Source of the DNA: Haliotis cracherodii
Lineage: Eukaryota
DNA length: 64,000 bases
Assembly (NCBI RefSeq): GCF_022045235.1
Contig: NW_027266286.1
Coordinates: forward strand, 19,654,001 to 19,718,000
Direction of reading: 5' to 3'
This document shows positions 24,078 through 39,500 of this stretch, piece after piece; the stretch's first letter is position 1; the number at the start of each line of letters is the position of its first letter. A model generated the notes under the pieces. It was not told the origin of the DNA, made no database searches, and saw nothing but the letters and a program-made list of their open reading frames with translations. Position numbers and translations under genes: made by a program.

Positions 24078-25975
24078 TATAAAGATTAGTTAACACATTT
24101 ATTGAAAGTTAAAGTGCCTAATGCTTAACGTTTTAATCATGACGATATATAAATTCAAACTCGATAATGAAATATTATCTATCATACATGTATGCATTAC
24201 ACGCATTTACAGAATGAATGAAATGGAAACCAAGGTTTATTTCTGTCGGCAATACAATTGATATAAGTAATAAAAATTAACCGAAGCAATTAGTTTATTA
24301 CTATATACAATTTTACTAGAAAATAACTTAATTTAGAACATCAAATTTGCACCAAAACTATTGTTTTGAGAAATGATCAATCGAAAGACACTTCTGACCC
24401 TGAATGACATGGTCTTTCATCCGCTTATAGCAAGCCCTATTATAATAAACAAGCAATTCTCCACTGAAAATATGTTGATCCTGAGGCAAATTCGATGCAT
24501 TAATTATATATATTTTTAAAAAGAAAGAATGCTTTCTTTTTTTCACCTCGTAAATTTACGTCAGTATTGTAAATATCAGAACTCTGCCTCCAAAAGCAAT
24601 AAAATCATAAAAATAAGAACGTGTTTTCCCAAATATAACAGTTGTTACATTAAAATTATATTTAAAAAACACAACTATATGCTTCCTTTTTCACCTTTAC
24701 GGCAGTGTTGTAGACATGTTAATGTCAGAACTTTGCCTCCAGGCTTTCAGAGCTAGCTTCCTCGAAAGGAGCCAGCTATTACGACTGCGCATGTGCAACC
24801 AAGGAATCTCCTTGCTATGAATAACGCAAAAGAGACATTGGCTGTGACGTAAAACGCGTCATAATCACTGCTCATTTGCATATTTCCTGCATGGACAAAA
24901 ATGCGTAGTGGTATCACACACAGGTAGTTATATATATATATATGTATGTACTAGTTTCACTCAGTTCTGTCTCTGATGCTTCTCCCTAACCTTACTTGAT
25001 GAACATTCAAATGTCAATATTTACTCATATGACCTTATTTCAGTACAACCCGTGTGAACTCTCCTACGTATCACGTTGCGGTAAATGGCGACCACTGGCC
25101 CGCAGTGGCGGTAAATACATGCAACCGCATACGTCGGCACGCAGTTAACTGGTGACGAGGTGTGATACAGATTGCTGTTGCCGATGTTGGGGATACATAG
25201 GTGTGTTTAGGATATACACGTTGGGTTGCTATCACTGATCGTATCATATGTAGAATGCTTGATGTGACGCGTGCCACATATAGACAGTGACTTCCGGGTT
25301 TGTTGTTTGGTATCTCCCCGGAAAGTCCGCAAGGTGGCTGGATAATGTCAACTGTAGAAAACGGGGATATTTGCACACCTTGGCACCACGTTGATAGTGA
25401 CTGAGTGAGTATGGTTTTACGCCGCTTTTAGCAATATTCCAGCAATATCACGGCTTCAAACATTGTACCCATGTCGGGATTCGAACCCTGGTACTCGGCG
25501 TGACAAGCGAACACTTATACCACTAGGCTACCCGGTCGCCCACCCCGTTTAGAATGAGTGAGTGAGTGAGAATGGTTTTACGCCGCTTATAGCCATATTA
25601 CAGCAATATCACGGCGGGGGACACCAGAAATGGGCTTCACACATTGTACCCATGTCGGGAATCGAACCCGGGTCTTCTGACGAGCGAATGCTTTAACCAC
25701 TAGGCTACCCGACCGCCCCTACCACGTCTAGAACTCAGACAATAGACTGTAAGTTTATCGTTGTTTATTGAGTTTTTGATAGAAACGATTGTGCTGATAA
25801 ATATAACCACACACAAAGTCATGAGACACAGGTGATGTTTTGTGGAGAATGAAGCCAAAAGAAATAAACCAATAACATAGCAATCAGGTAGCACAGGCCT
25901 GTTGTGTAGAGAAACTCAGCCACTCTTAGCTAAAATGTTTCATTGTTCTCTGGGTTTCATTTCTAGTGCCTGGAC

Positions 25976-26825
25976 ATGGATCAGCAGGACCCTCCAATTC
26001 CTGGTATGTTGACTGGGCTTTCATGGTTCACAGCACAATCTCAGTATCTTGCAAACTACATATCATTTTAACCATAGACAATGTAGATCAAGATGTCACA
26101 ATATCTATCAATATCTGACAATTTAGGCCAACACTTGTTGTACTAGTTATAGAATATAATATCTCAGTCTAGTTTCATATGTGGATGAAACATGAGAGAA
26201 GCTTAATGGAGAAACTTCATATAAGAGTATATGAACTCACATAGCAAACTGTAATGTACTTTTGTTTCAAGTACACTTTGTCCTAAGGGCTGGGGACATA
26301 AGTTTCCCACTCTTGCTATTCCAATGAGAGAAGAAATCACATTACTCATTTTCACATGTATAAAAGGATGAAATCTGTCCTTAGACGGGAAAGTTTTTTC
26401 TGAGCCATTCATTTCCCATCCATCTATAGTTCAAGATTAAGAAAAATATATGGGAGAATGATTTACACATAGTTATTTTTACTGTGTTCTTTTTTGCATA
26501 TGAAGAATGGTTCCGGGCAATGGCTCATGACCAAAAACAACGGATCGTGACTGACAAGTTCATTGGGAGGATTGCAAAACATATCGGGGCAGATTGGGAG
26601 CTGATAGCAGCAGAAATGGACATCTCTAGGCCCAAGCGAGAAGCTATTGTAGCCAAACACCCAAGATCCATCCAGCTACAAGTTGCTGGAGCATTCACCA
26701 CATGGAAACAGAAGAACTCACGTCAAGCTACAATTGCATCATTGATTCAAATCTTGTGGCAGTGCAATGACCGGTGCACCATCGACTGGGACGATATCGA
26801 GGAGGTGGTGATGGGGGATTGGTGA
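25976..26825 (+). CDS. Death-domain-only protein DD2, 115 aa
   Basis: Exons 25976-26003 (ATG GAT CAG CAG GAC CCT CCA ATT CCT G|gtatgt; upstream acceptor catttctag ending at 25966) and 26506-26825; total 348 nt. Protein MDQQDPPIPEWFR...IGADWELIAAEMDI...HPRSIQLQVAGAFTTWKQK...ATIASLIQILWQC...GDW*. Confidence 0.8.
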
Positions 26826-28269
26826 TGGGAATTGGTGATGGGGAATTGGTGACTGTCTCTATAAACATGAAGCCTGTCAGGACATAAAACATTTGTGGAT
26901 AACAATTTCTTCTTTCTATAGATACCACAGGGCTACTTCTTGTCCCTTTACATTCAACTGATGTAGGTGCAAAATATAGTCGTTATAAAGAAGTTGTCAT
27001 AAAAGTTAAAAAGATGTTGTCATAAAAGTGTTTTTTTACTTCTTGTTACCAAACAATGGACTATGAAGCCAATGTTATAATCATTTGTGCACTATATGTG
27101 CAATTGATCTGTAATGACGAGCATATATATCGAGCTATCCGTTGTTGGAGTATGAATGGTACCTTCATATTAAACAGTTTTATATCTGTGCTTAGGATTT
27201 CTTTTCTTGCATTTGTCTACTTTTGCTCACCAATATTACATATTCCGACCGCTTTGGTTTTCTATCTATGTCGCGTTAATTGTTGTCAGTAATTATAGTC
27301 TGTCTACAGATAATTTGAAGCAAGAGTCAATCCGTGTAGAATTTAAATATCCTATTTTCGAATACTGAACTTGAAGCTATTCAAAGTTGTGATTTTGATG
27401 TACTCACAAGACCAGCCATGTATATATGTACACGACATGTCAGTTTAATGTGTGATTAAACTATAACACAACTGGAGAAGTCTAATGGGAAAACTAAACA
27501 TTTGGTTCCGTTTAACAGGCAAGACAAACGAGACGAACACTTTGTAGGGTTGTCTCCCTTTACTTGTGACACTCTGCTGGATCGCCATGTAGCAAGGCAT
27601 GTATATATGCCACCCTCTCTCTAACCCTTTTATAATCATATCGCTGTGTGCAGCTGCACACGCACTGAACGGGAACCCTCGTTTCATGTCACGTGACTGC
27701 CCTGTTATTATTCAGGGAATAATTCAAGCGGAATTACAAGTTACGAGCTCTTTACTAGGGCGGACCAAGCTCCAGCATTAATCTGACACTCTTATAAACT
27801 TATATGCTGTTCAAAGCCACGTTAAATCTAACACGCTCTCTCACTCAGCCTATGAAAGGTATGGGGTAATTTCTTTGCGACTATGTGATAACGTTGGTAT
27901 ATAAACACTTTGGTAGACTCATACTGGCACACACGTGTGCTCGCTGGAATGTACGCACTCACATAAACGCACACATACACAGATACACACGTGGGCACGC
28001 GTACTGCCCTTTCTCTATTCTGTCTGCTTGCCACCGAGTTATTTCGTCAGTTGCGTTGATCGATGCACATGATATCAACCACTGGATTGTTCGGTCCAAA
28101 CACGATTATTTACAGACCGCCGTCATATAGTTGGAAATTTGCTGATTGTGGCGTTAAACAACAAACAATACAATGGTATCAGACTCTGTTGTGAGCAAGC
28201 GCATATTGTCTTCTTTGAACCAAACGTTCAAAGACACATTTAATCATTAAGGAAGTAACAGCATTGATC

Positions 28270-28690
28270 ATGTGACGTTTGCAACGTGCTGAACGTTTAC
28301 GTGTCATAGGCATGGTACAGGTGGACACTCGTCAGACGTTCGTTGCCGGAATGTTGCAATTTTTCAATCTGTCGTCAGCAGATTGTGGACCCAAAACCAA
28401 CAAACACATAACGTCGATGAACGACGCCGCTTTGGACGCCTAAGGGCAACCACTCCAGCCAAGGCCAGATTGGTCTGAACAATGACATTAAGAAACCGTT
28501 TGCAAACTGTCACCCAGTACAGGAACCGGTTGCAACCGGCAACTGGTGTAAGGGTTCATGCCCAGACTGTGAGAAATCCCACAACTTAGTGCACGTCGGT
28601 TGAATCTGATGCGTCATTGGTTTAGGGAACGTCAGCACTGGGATAATCTACGTCGGGCTAATGTGATGTTTTCTGACGAATCGAGGTTCA
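28270..28690 (+). mobile_element. Tc1 transposase 5' fragment
   Basis: Degenerate HTH region, ERRRFGRLRATT, and VMFSDESRF (first catalytic Asp). Absent from the paralogous segment near 47800. Confidence 0.75.
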
Positions 28691-29813
28691 CTCGGGCTGC
28701 TCAAGTAGGTTAAACTGAACTTCATTACTAACAGGCAATACTATTGCATGATACACAAATATGTCCCTTTCAGGATAGTGATATCGAAAATCACCGAGAA
28801 TCCTACTACTAAATTACGGAATTTGCCCATACTTCTTATTGAGTAATAGTTATTCAAATGGAAGCCCTGGGCTTAAACGTAAAACATGCAATGATCTTAA
28901 AAATACACATGGCACCGAATTTGACATCAACAGTTTAATACAACAGTCGGAAAAAAACGCTGCACAGCTAGATCTGTTGGATGGGAATGACCTACCATGC
29001 CGTTATTATTCACATTCTCAACACAGTGTCTCTCGTCTTAAATTACCACACCGCGTTTTCTTTGCATACCCGAGTGTGGCTTGTAAATTTGAAAGCCTTC
29101 AACAACACTCATTGGGAGTTTGTGGCTGGCTAAGATGAGCCAGGCATTTATATGGTTTTACAAGGTTTCATGCATACACTGTATCTGTCGTGTTTTTGAG
29201 CATTTGAGACCCATTATATAAAGCATCAAAGGCTTAAATGAATGATTTCACGTTATGGGATTTAACAAGTTGTTAACACTTACTGAGTCTGAAGTCGTTT
29301 TCCAGGGTTAAGATCTAGAGAAGTGTGCTGATATCAAGTCAGCACACATAGGAACTGGCAGGGGCAAATCAAGATCGGGATCATAGGATCTTTTCACGAT
29401 ATGGGGACAAGTAACTTAATTATCAGAAGTAATGAAGAAGCAAGGTGTATAGTCATAAGAGATAAACAAGCTGCAAACATGTAAACGTTTAATTTAAGCA
29501 AATTGACAACTCCCGACTTATATCTACAGCAAGTACAAAACAGATGCATGTAAACGTTACATATCGAGGATCTACTGTAACACAATAATTCAATCAACTC
29601 AAACAGGACACTCTAAAGACATTTATTTTATTTGGAATGAAATGTCAATAACACTTTTGATGTAACTTCCGCTTTGTACAAGGCAAGTAGTTGATAATAT
29701 AAATGTTATAACTAAATACATTAGTTAAGATACACGCAAATGTTCTGACAGACACAATGACTCTTGTGTTGGTCAGTTTTAACTTTAAGATCTCTTCATG
29801 ATTCATAACAATC

Positions 29814-31150
29814 TCATTCATTGCACACTCTTACAGTTACACACCTGAGCGCCCGGCACATGTGACACTTGCGCAGTGCAGATGCGCAGCCTATGCACGA
29901 GACAGGATGGGCACAGGGTAGAAATAGAACACATCACAAGACTAACATTACATGAAGCTAAAAAGCAACTCGTGATTGTTGTTGAGGGTATGTTTTGAAT
30001 TTCTAAATTACTTCATAAATTTGTTGTAAAGTCAAACTACACTTAAGTACTTGGGACTGTATTTTCAATTGTATTTATTGCTGATATACGACTCTTGATG
30101 CCAAATATGTGAATATTGATAAACACTTATGTATGACCTCTATGTGTTGCAAGCTTTTGTTATGAGAAAGTTATCCCGAATATGACTCAAAATAAATAAT
30201 CAATATTCACCAGGGCTCGATTTAGCAACATAAAACATACACCAGTGGGACCTATCATTGAAAAGTGCAAACTAATATTTATTTCTACAAGGACTAAATG
30301 CATGTAAAAAATAATATGTGTGTCTTGACTAGCCTTTAATTGTCCACACAACATCGACCTTTGAACACACTTATTACATCTCAGCTTGATTTACCATACT
30401 ACATCACTAACCCCTATGTTATGTGTAATTTGTCATTCCTCTTGGGATTGACGTCATCACACTGTTAGTATTTCAAGATTATATAACCTGTACTGTAGCT
30501 TCACCTGTCACTGAAATGACCTCGGTATCACGTTATGATATTAAGGTTATCCAACTAATGATAATCATTTTGCATTATATGGTGGACATTGATGACATTG
30601 CCACATAAGTATTGTAACAGTAAGTACTAACTGTAATAAAGATCAATGACACAGTCATCAGAGGTCTGAGATTGTATTTATTTATATATATTTAAGTGAG
30701 TGAGTGAGTATGGTTTTACGCCGCTTTTAGCAATATTCCGGACACCGTAAAATGGGCTTCTCACATTGTACCCATGTGTGGAATCGAACCCACGTTTTCG
30801 GCTATACGATCCAACGCTTTAACCACTAGGATACCCTATCGCCCAGATATATTTAAGGGAACAGGATGCAACCTGGTTTTGTCTGGGGCGTCCCGAAAAG
30901 GTGCATCTTCTAAAATAAGTAATGCTGTTTTATAATAAATATGATCTGTCATCTCTGTCATTCGATAAACAAACAATCAATTCGTTTTGACCTAAAAGGA
31001 GTGCGTATAAAACTGTTATCCTGACCATCAGAGTGTTGTATCAATCATTTATCATTCAATCTGCTTCTGTGATATCATAAAAAAAACCGTTATGAACATC
31101 AACCACAGGGCTTTGCAAGAGCACTTACTCAATACTGCTTGTTCTAGCAT
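29814..31150 (-). pseudogene. Pseudogene copy of the RING-only mini-IAP
   Basis: The ATG exon is retained (31150-31129, MLEQAVL|gtaagt). The RING exon keeps only 29933-29814 (CVLFLPCAHPVSCIGCASALRKCHMCRALRCVTVRVCNE*); its acceptor and first CxxC are deleted. Confidence 0.8.
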
Positions 31151-32477
31151 GGTGGCCTTCCGTCCACTGATCGTGGGACTCTCAACACACTTGCCACTAG
31201 CAGACTGTGAATGAATATTACACCAAGTACTATCGTGTCTATATTCACTGTTTCATCATGGTATTAAATTAGAGATAGTTGTAATGAAAATGGTTTTTAA
31301 GCTTTGAAGAGTTATGAATAAAATCAGAGTTATAAAATAAACGTAACAATTTTGGACTTTCTTGGAAGATAGAAGCTTGGAAAATTGTCATGACAAACAG
31401 ATCACTACATCTAAGTCGTTAAAGCGTCAACAATGTTTTTTTCCGGTTTTTTTCTCATACGAAAAGGGATCTGGGATCTTTTATGACAAAAAAGCACGAG
31501 TGACATATGTATTAAAGTATCAGAATACGTGAATGGTTTATTTCATCCTACTATTAATTGGAAAGATGTTTCATACGAGAGAAAATGTACAAAGGACGGT
31601 AAGCTGTTCGAATTTCAAGATAAATTCATTTTCAGAACAATCTAAAGAAAGAATTACTTAGTCGGTGATATTTCTGCAATCTGGAAATGCTGTAGAGAAG
31701 AGTTATCACGTATCTATTGTTGATGTGAACACGTCAGGGAGTTTGGTTACAGGTTGAAACATTTATCAATAGTAATCTAAATATCAAACTAGAATTCACA
31801 AAATACACTGTCATGTTTGGATTTTGTACATACAACCATGCAGTTAACCATATTCAGATATTTGTCAAATACACTGCAAACAAAAACAATATAATCCATT
31901 GTTATCGCAAGAAATGGAAGCAACCAACTACAACCCTCTGTTCATTATCATGATAATATCCACGTTTAAGTCTAATTCAGGCAACTTCAAGCGTTGTATA
32001 CAGGCCCTACATGACTACTCTTATTATGTATTCTACCTTGGTTGTAAATGTAATTATTTGAAATGCAATACAATTTATTCCCAAAATTGAATATGTCCAA
32101 CATTACTTGCTCAGTTCTGTTTGCATCCGAATCGAGATTAATCAACATTTCGTATGCCGCACGGGGAAATAAGTTGTCTGGTACATGAAGCTGTTAGTTT
32201 GTATTTAATGCATTTCACCGAACTGTATATAACCAATAGGTATCGTCCACATTGTGAATAGTCATATCAGTACCAAGTTACAAGAAGAGGTAAGAAACCT
32301 CTTTTATGACAACTTCTTTATAACTTTTATGACAACTTCTTTATAACGACTATTTTTTGCACCTACATGAGTTGAATGTAAAGAGACAAGAAGTAGCCCT
32401 GTGGTATCATTAGAAAGAAGAACATGTTATCCATAAAATGTTTTATATCCTCTCAGTCTTCATAGTCACAGAGACAG

Positions 32478-33502
32478 TCACCAATCCCCCATCACCACCC
32501 TCTCGACACCTTCCCAGTCGATGGTGCACCGCTCATTGCACTGCCACAAGATTTGAATCAATGATTGTAGCTTGACGTGATTTCTTCTGTTTCCATGTGG
32601 TGAATGCTGCAACAACTTGTCGCGGAATGGATCTTGGGTCTTTGGGTACAACTGCTTCTCGCTTGGGCCTAGAGATGTCCATTTCTGCTGCACCAGTTCC
32701 CAATCTACCCCGATATGTTTTGCAATCCTCCCAATGAGCTTGTCAGTTACGACCTGTCGTTATTGGTCATATGCAAAAGAACACAGTAAAAATAACTATG
32801 TGTGCTTTCTCCCATATTTTTTTCTTAATCTCGAATTATAGTTGGATGGGAAATGGATGGGTCAGAAACGCTTTCCCGTCTAAGTGAGTGAGTATGGCTT
32901 TACGCCGCTTTTAGAAATATTCCAGCAATATTACGGCGGGGGACACCAGAAATGGGCTTCACACATTGTACCCATGTCGGGAATCGAAGCCGGGTCCTCG
33001 GCGTGACGCGGGAACGCTTTAACCACTAGGCTACCCGACCGCTCCTTTTCCCGTCTAAGGACAGATTTTATCCTTTTATAAATGTGAAAATGACTCATGT
33101 GTTCTCTCATACTGTTTTTAATAACATCTGCATAGACGAAGATCAGGTGAGTACAATGAAATAGCCAGAGTGGGACACGTATGTCCCCAGCCCTTAGGAA
33201 AAAGTGTACTTGAAACAAAAGTACATTACATTTTGCTATGTGAGTTCATATACTCTTATATGAAGTGTCTCCATTAAGCTTCACTCATGTTTCATCCACA
33301 TATCAAACTAGACTGTGATATTATATTATATATCTAGCTTGTGCTTGACCAGTGTTGGACTAGATTGTCCGATGTTGATAGATATTGTGACATCTTGATC
33401 TACATTGTCTATGGTTAAAATTATATGTAGTTTGCAAGATACCGAGATTGTGCTGGACTGTGAGCCATGTCTCCATGGAATTGGAGGGTCCTGCTGATCC
33501 AT
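32478..33502 (-). pseudogene. Inverted death-domain pseudogene DD3 (copy of DD2)
   Basis: Homologous to 25976-26825, ending LIQILWQCNERCTIDWEGVERVVMGDW*. Upstream acceptor is tag>taa and the donor is lost. A 27-bp ATGA-bounded deletion removes the exon-2 acceptor, and there are internal frameshifts. A family A SINE sits in its intron with TSD tttcccgtctaag. Confidence 0.85.
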
Positions 33503-33539
33503 TTCCAGGCATTAGAAATGAAAACCAGATAGGAATAAA

Positions 33540-36500
33540 GTATTCTAGCTAAGCGTCGCTGTGTTTCTATACACAACAAGTATTTGCTACCTGATCATGA
33601 TTGTTATGTTATTGGTTTATTTCGTTTGGCTTCATTCTCCACCAAACAATATATGTGTCCCGTGACTTTGTGTGCGGTTATATTTATCAGCACAATCGTA
33701 TCTATCTAAGACTCAGTAACAATGATACGAGGGCTTAATGTTTTAAGCCTGACTAACTTTCAAGTGTGGACCAAACCAAAGAGAACTGGTCAATGTAGTA
33801 CATTGTTTGAGTAGTTAATTGCAAGTGTATTTGGTCTTCTCACACTTCCCTACCTGCAAAGGCTGCTGAGCGATAATGTAGGTTCGAAGCGCTTTCTTAC
33901 CCTCCATACTCGCCAGACCTGTGATTTCCACCTGTTTCCTAAACTGAAAGAACACCTTCGTGGAAATCGCTATGACGACAACGATCTCAAAGCTACCGTA
34001 AAACTTATTCATGGCTGGAAATGAAAAGCTTGACTATCGATATGAAAAATGTATTGAAAGGCAGGGAGATTATGTTGAAACATAAAATTAAAAACACTTT
34101 GACAATTGTTGGTTTGTTTGTTAGATTTAGACCTTTTTGACCAGCCCTCGTATATGCACGTTCCCTGTTGTCGACATTATCCTGCTACCTTGCAGACTTT
34201 CCGGGGAGAAAGGAGACAACAAACCCGGAAGTCACCCGTCAATATGTGGCAGGCGTCGCATCATCCGTTAGTGATAATAATCGAACGTGTTCGCCTAAAC
34301 ACACCCATGTTAGACAGAGTAGACACAATTTATGGATAACACCTATAAAGGCGACGTTTCAGTATATATTCCTTACACAGTTGTTAAGCAAGACTAAATG
34401 AGGAACATTGAACACAATATATGAATACATATGAATACATGAAGCCAATAGACATAATAAGTTCTCCACCTTATATATGTATTCTGTACAACGCCATCTA
34501 TCAACAGAGATCAAGGCTATTTCATCCCATTCTCCTACTATGAACTCCTTAAGCAATAATAACCACACATAGATGAATTATGCAAATGAGCAGCTATCAT
34601 GACGCGTTTTACGTCACAGTCAATTTCGAGGTGGTTCCTCATGCACATTATTCATAGCAAGGAGATTCCTTGAGTTGCACACACGCAGTCGTAATAGGTG
34701 ACCCCTTTCGAGGAAGCTAGCCCTGAAAGCTGTATAAATTCTTTTGGAGGCAAAGTTCTGACATTTACATGTCTACAACACTGCCGTAAAATTACAACGT
34801 GGAAAAGGAAGCATAGTTTTGGTTTTTGTAAATATAGATTTAATGTAACAAATGTTATATTTGGGATAGCACTTTCTTATTTTAATGATTTTATTTCTTT
34901 TTGGAGTACACAAACCATAAGTTAAGAAAATATTGTTCACATGCTATCTTTAATGAATTAAAGTTTCAAAGTATATCTATGGATAATAACAGATTCTGGT
35001 ACTTTTTTCGTTTGAGTCCCGTCCGGGATTTGAATCCACTCTGCCAGAGTGAGGCACCTAATCGCCAGCACACAAAGTCAGCGATCAACCTAAAAAGGTA
35101 CAAGAATCTGTACTTTACGAAGAAAGTGTTATCCCAAATACAACATTTTTGTTACATTTTCTTAATGACATTGTGTGTTTATATACACTTAATGCATCGA
35201 ATTTGCCTCAGGATCAACATATTTTATTCCGTCGAGAATTGCTTGTTCTTCAGCTAAAACGGGGTCAGACCATCTTTTTCAGCGTCAGAAGGGTCTATTT
35301 CCATGGATCATCTCTCAAAACAATATTTCTGGTGAAAATTGCTATGTTTAGTACAAGATATTTGTCAGTTAACTTTTATATAAACAATGATGGCAAGTAA
35401 TTCTGTATATGTATTTCAGATCACGCAAACATAATTTTATATGATGCTATTGATTGTTTCAGTTAATAATAATTAACTGAAACAATCAATAGCATCATAT
35501 AAATCATTGCATTGCTACTAAATCAACATAATATTCCATTGCCATTCTTTCTGTAAATTCTGAGTTTGATGCATACATGAATGATGCAAAATATTGTCGA
35601 TTACTTATCAATAGTTTTCAATCATATGCCGTTATATCTGATTCCAGACGTTTATGGTAGACATTCACAGGCGTGTACTAAACATCAGTTGCCAACATGC
35701 GCGATGTTATCCCATGTTTTGACCTTAACACGGCATGTTCGCACCTCCTTACTTACCGCCACTTACTCTTTTAACAACATATGTGTGAGTAGTTTATTTC
35801 TACCAATAGAAGAGGACATGTTTTCCTCTTTTCCCAAACAAAATTAGGGATGAAGCTATGCAGATATAGTGAGGCATAATCAATCTATTGGTCGGGATGG
35901 ATGGACGTCTGCTTATTCAAAGTTCAAGATCGTTAGGTATCTTCAAATTTCGTAAATGAAGTTGCGTGTAATTAGTATCAGAGATATATTCAATATCAAA
36001 AGGTGCTCTACTTAAGGAGGGGTGCTTTCGATTTTCCCCTCCAAGCAAATTTATCCACATTTATCAGTTTATTTGGTTCTAAAAGCAAGTCTTTCTCCAA
36101 ACTTAATGTAACGATATGTTTTGCTTGCAAATATTTCTCCAATCATTATACCTATATACATCGTTTTATGGTAGGCATTCAGAGGAGTGTGCTAAATATC
36201 TCATATCAGTTGTCAACATGTTATCCCATGTTTAGATCTTAACACAGAATGTTCGCACCTCCTTGCTTAGTGGCACTTACTCTTTTAATGAAAATTGTAT
36301 CAGTAGTGTTTCGAACACCTGGTGTCATTGCTGGTTTTCAGTGATCCATTCATATAATTTGCATCACTATTTTTCCTTTTACGTCGTATGGAATTTGTTT
36401 CATCTAATATTCGAGGCTGCTATTTTCTGACGTTGGCGTTTTGAAGTAGTGACAATGACTCCAAAAGAGATATTTTATCTATTCAGTCTACGATAAGACA

Positions 36501-39500
36501 AATACATATCCTGTACATGGAGTACATTCTTGTGGAGGATCATCATATCTGCAAAAAGTCAACCGTCCATCAACTACTAAAATATATAAAGTAATGATTG
36601 TTAAGATATTTGCGCCAAGATTGAGTGCATTATGCTTAAGGGCAATGTTTTAATCATTATAATGTATGATTTCAAAATCAACAAGGAAATATCATCAAGC
36701 ATACGTGTGTGCATTAAACGCATTTACAGAATAGATGGAAATGGACAATTGTGATCTATTTTTGTAGGCTATTTCACGCAAATATCCGGATCTAGAGTAA
36801 AACAGTGGCCGTCAGAACGACTATCACATTGCGGTACGCAACAGCGCGAAGGCGTTTTGTATGTAAACAATAGCATACGGAACTAGCAACAAGGACGGAA
36901 ATTCCGCAGCGCTCCCTGGACCGCTGTTTCGTACCGGTGTTTGCCATTAAAATTACCTGAAATATATATTATGTCAAATACACAAACAATTAATATCATC
37001 ACATCAAATAATTTTGCTTGATCTGAAATACATGTACAAAATTACTCGTCTTCATTATCTACATAAAACGTAACTGAACAAACTCGAAATTGACTGTGAC
37101 GTATAAAACGTGTCATAATCGCTGCTTATTGATGAGGTTGTTCGGAGTATCTTACACAGGTAGGCATGTATATTAATATACTAGTTTCACGCAAACTTCA
37201 CAATTCTGATGCGTCTCTCTAACATTACTTTATCAACATTCGAATGTCGATATTAACACACACGACATCGTTTCAGTATAACCCATGTGAACTCTCAGGT
37301 GTATCGACTAGTGGTAAATGGCGACCACTGGCCCACAATGGCGGCAAATACAATGCAACCGCATAGGTCGGCACAGAGTTAACTGGTGACGTGGTGTGAT
37401 ACAGATTGTTGTTACTGGTGTTGGGGATACATAGGTCTGTATTGGTCAAAATGGATTATTATCACTGAAATATCATATGTAGAACGCTTGATGTGACGGG
37501 TGCCACATCTAGGTAGATCACTTCCGGGTTTGTTTGACGCCCATCTCCCCGGATAGTCAGCAAGGTGGCCGGACAGTGTCGACTACAGAGCGGGGATATT
37601 ATATACGCACTGACAATACGTGCGAAACACGCGCGTGCGCGTGTATGTGTGTCTGTGTCCCAAGACACATATCACATATGATAATGATGAATGAAACTAC
37701 AAGAAATAGCCCAATAACATCATAAATCGGGTTCATATAGCACAGGCTTGACTTTGTGTATATGATAGGAACTCCCTATGACAGAAACTTGAAATGTGAG
37801 AAGCTGAAATGTGAGTGAGTGAGTATGGTTTTTCATCTCCTTTAGCCAAATTCACGCAATATCACGGCGGGGGACATCAGAAATGGGCTTCACACATTGT
37901 ACCCATGTCGGGAATCGAACCGGGTCTCCGGCGTTTCGAGGGAACGTTTTAACCATTAGGTTACCCCTCCGCCCCTAGCTGGAATGTACCCCATGTCATT
38001 ATATTATTGTTATCATGGGTTATACTGAAACGATGTCGTCTGTGTTAATATCGACATTCGAAAAGTTGATAAAGTAATGTTTGGGAGAAGCATCTGAATG
38101 GTGCAGTCAATTGTTTTATACGTCACAGTCAATTTCGAGGTGGTTCCTCCTGCACGTTATTGACAGCAAGAGCATTCCTAGAAACTGCACATGAGTAGTA
38201 ATGGTAACTTACTTCTTTTCAGGAAGCTAGCACTGAAAGTCACATATTTACAACTTTTACAACTTTACAACACTGCCGTGGATTTACACAGCAAAACAGG
38301 AAAACATATGTTTTAAAAATGTGAAATTAGAACATGGCATTAAATAACCTCCGGATAATTCAGTCGAGGATTGCCTGTTCTCCTATAATGGGGCTGACGA
38401 TGAGTGGAGTCCTTTTCAATGGAACTTCTCTCAAAAAATACTTCTGGTGCAAATTTGGTGTTCTATGTTCAGCAATATATTATTTTACAGTTACGTTTTA
38501 TATAGATAATGACAGTGAGTAATTTTGTACATGTTTTTCAGATCAAGCAAAATTATTTGATGTGATGATATTGATTGTTTGTGTATTTGACATATATATT
38601 TTAGGTAATTGTGATTATTTACATTCATTTCATTGCCATTGCCTATTTCCATCTATTCTGTAAGGGCGTTTAATGCACACATGTATGCTTGAAGATATTT
38701 CCTTGTTGATTTTGAATTTATACATTATTAAGATTAAACATTACCTTCAAGCATAATGCACTAAATCTTGCCGCAAATGTCTGCACGATCGATATTTTAT
38801 ATATTTTAGTAGTTGATGGACGGTTGATTTTTTGCACATATGATGAGCCTTCACAAGAATGTACTCCATGTACAGGATATGTATTTGTCTTATCGTTGAC
38901 TCGAATTTCTGATGAAACAAATTCCATACGACGTAAAAGGAAAAATAGTGAGGCAAATTATATGAATGGATCACTGAAAACAAGGAATAACACCAGGTGT
39001 ACGAGAAAGGAGAAAACACTACTGAAACAATTTTCATTAAAGGAGTAAATGCCACTAAGCAAGGAGGTGCGAACATTCCGCGTTAGGGTCAAAACATGGG
39101 ATAACATGTTGACAGCTGATGTGAGATACTTAGCACACTCCTCTGAATGTCTACCTGAAACATCTGGAATGATGTATATAGGTATAATGATTGAAAATAT
39201 ATTTGTAAGCAAAACGTATCGTTACATAAAGTTTGGATAAAATGTACTTGCTCTAAAGTACCCAATAAATTGATAAATGTGGACGCCATTTGTTGAAGGG
39301 GGGAATCGAAATCACCCCTCCTGTAGTACAGCACCTTTTGATATTGTATATATCTCTGATACTAATTCCATGCAACGTCATATACAAAAATGGAGAGAAC
39401 TTACGCACTTGAACTTTGAATAAGCAGCCGTCTATCAATCCGGACCAATAGGTTGATGATGCCAAATACATTTCGTGCCTCACTATCTGCATAGCTTCAT

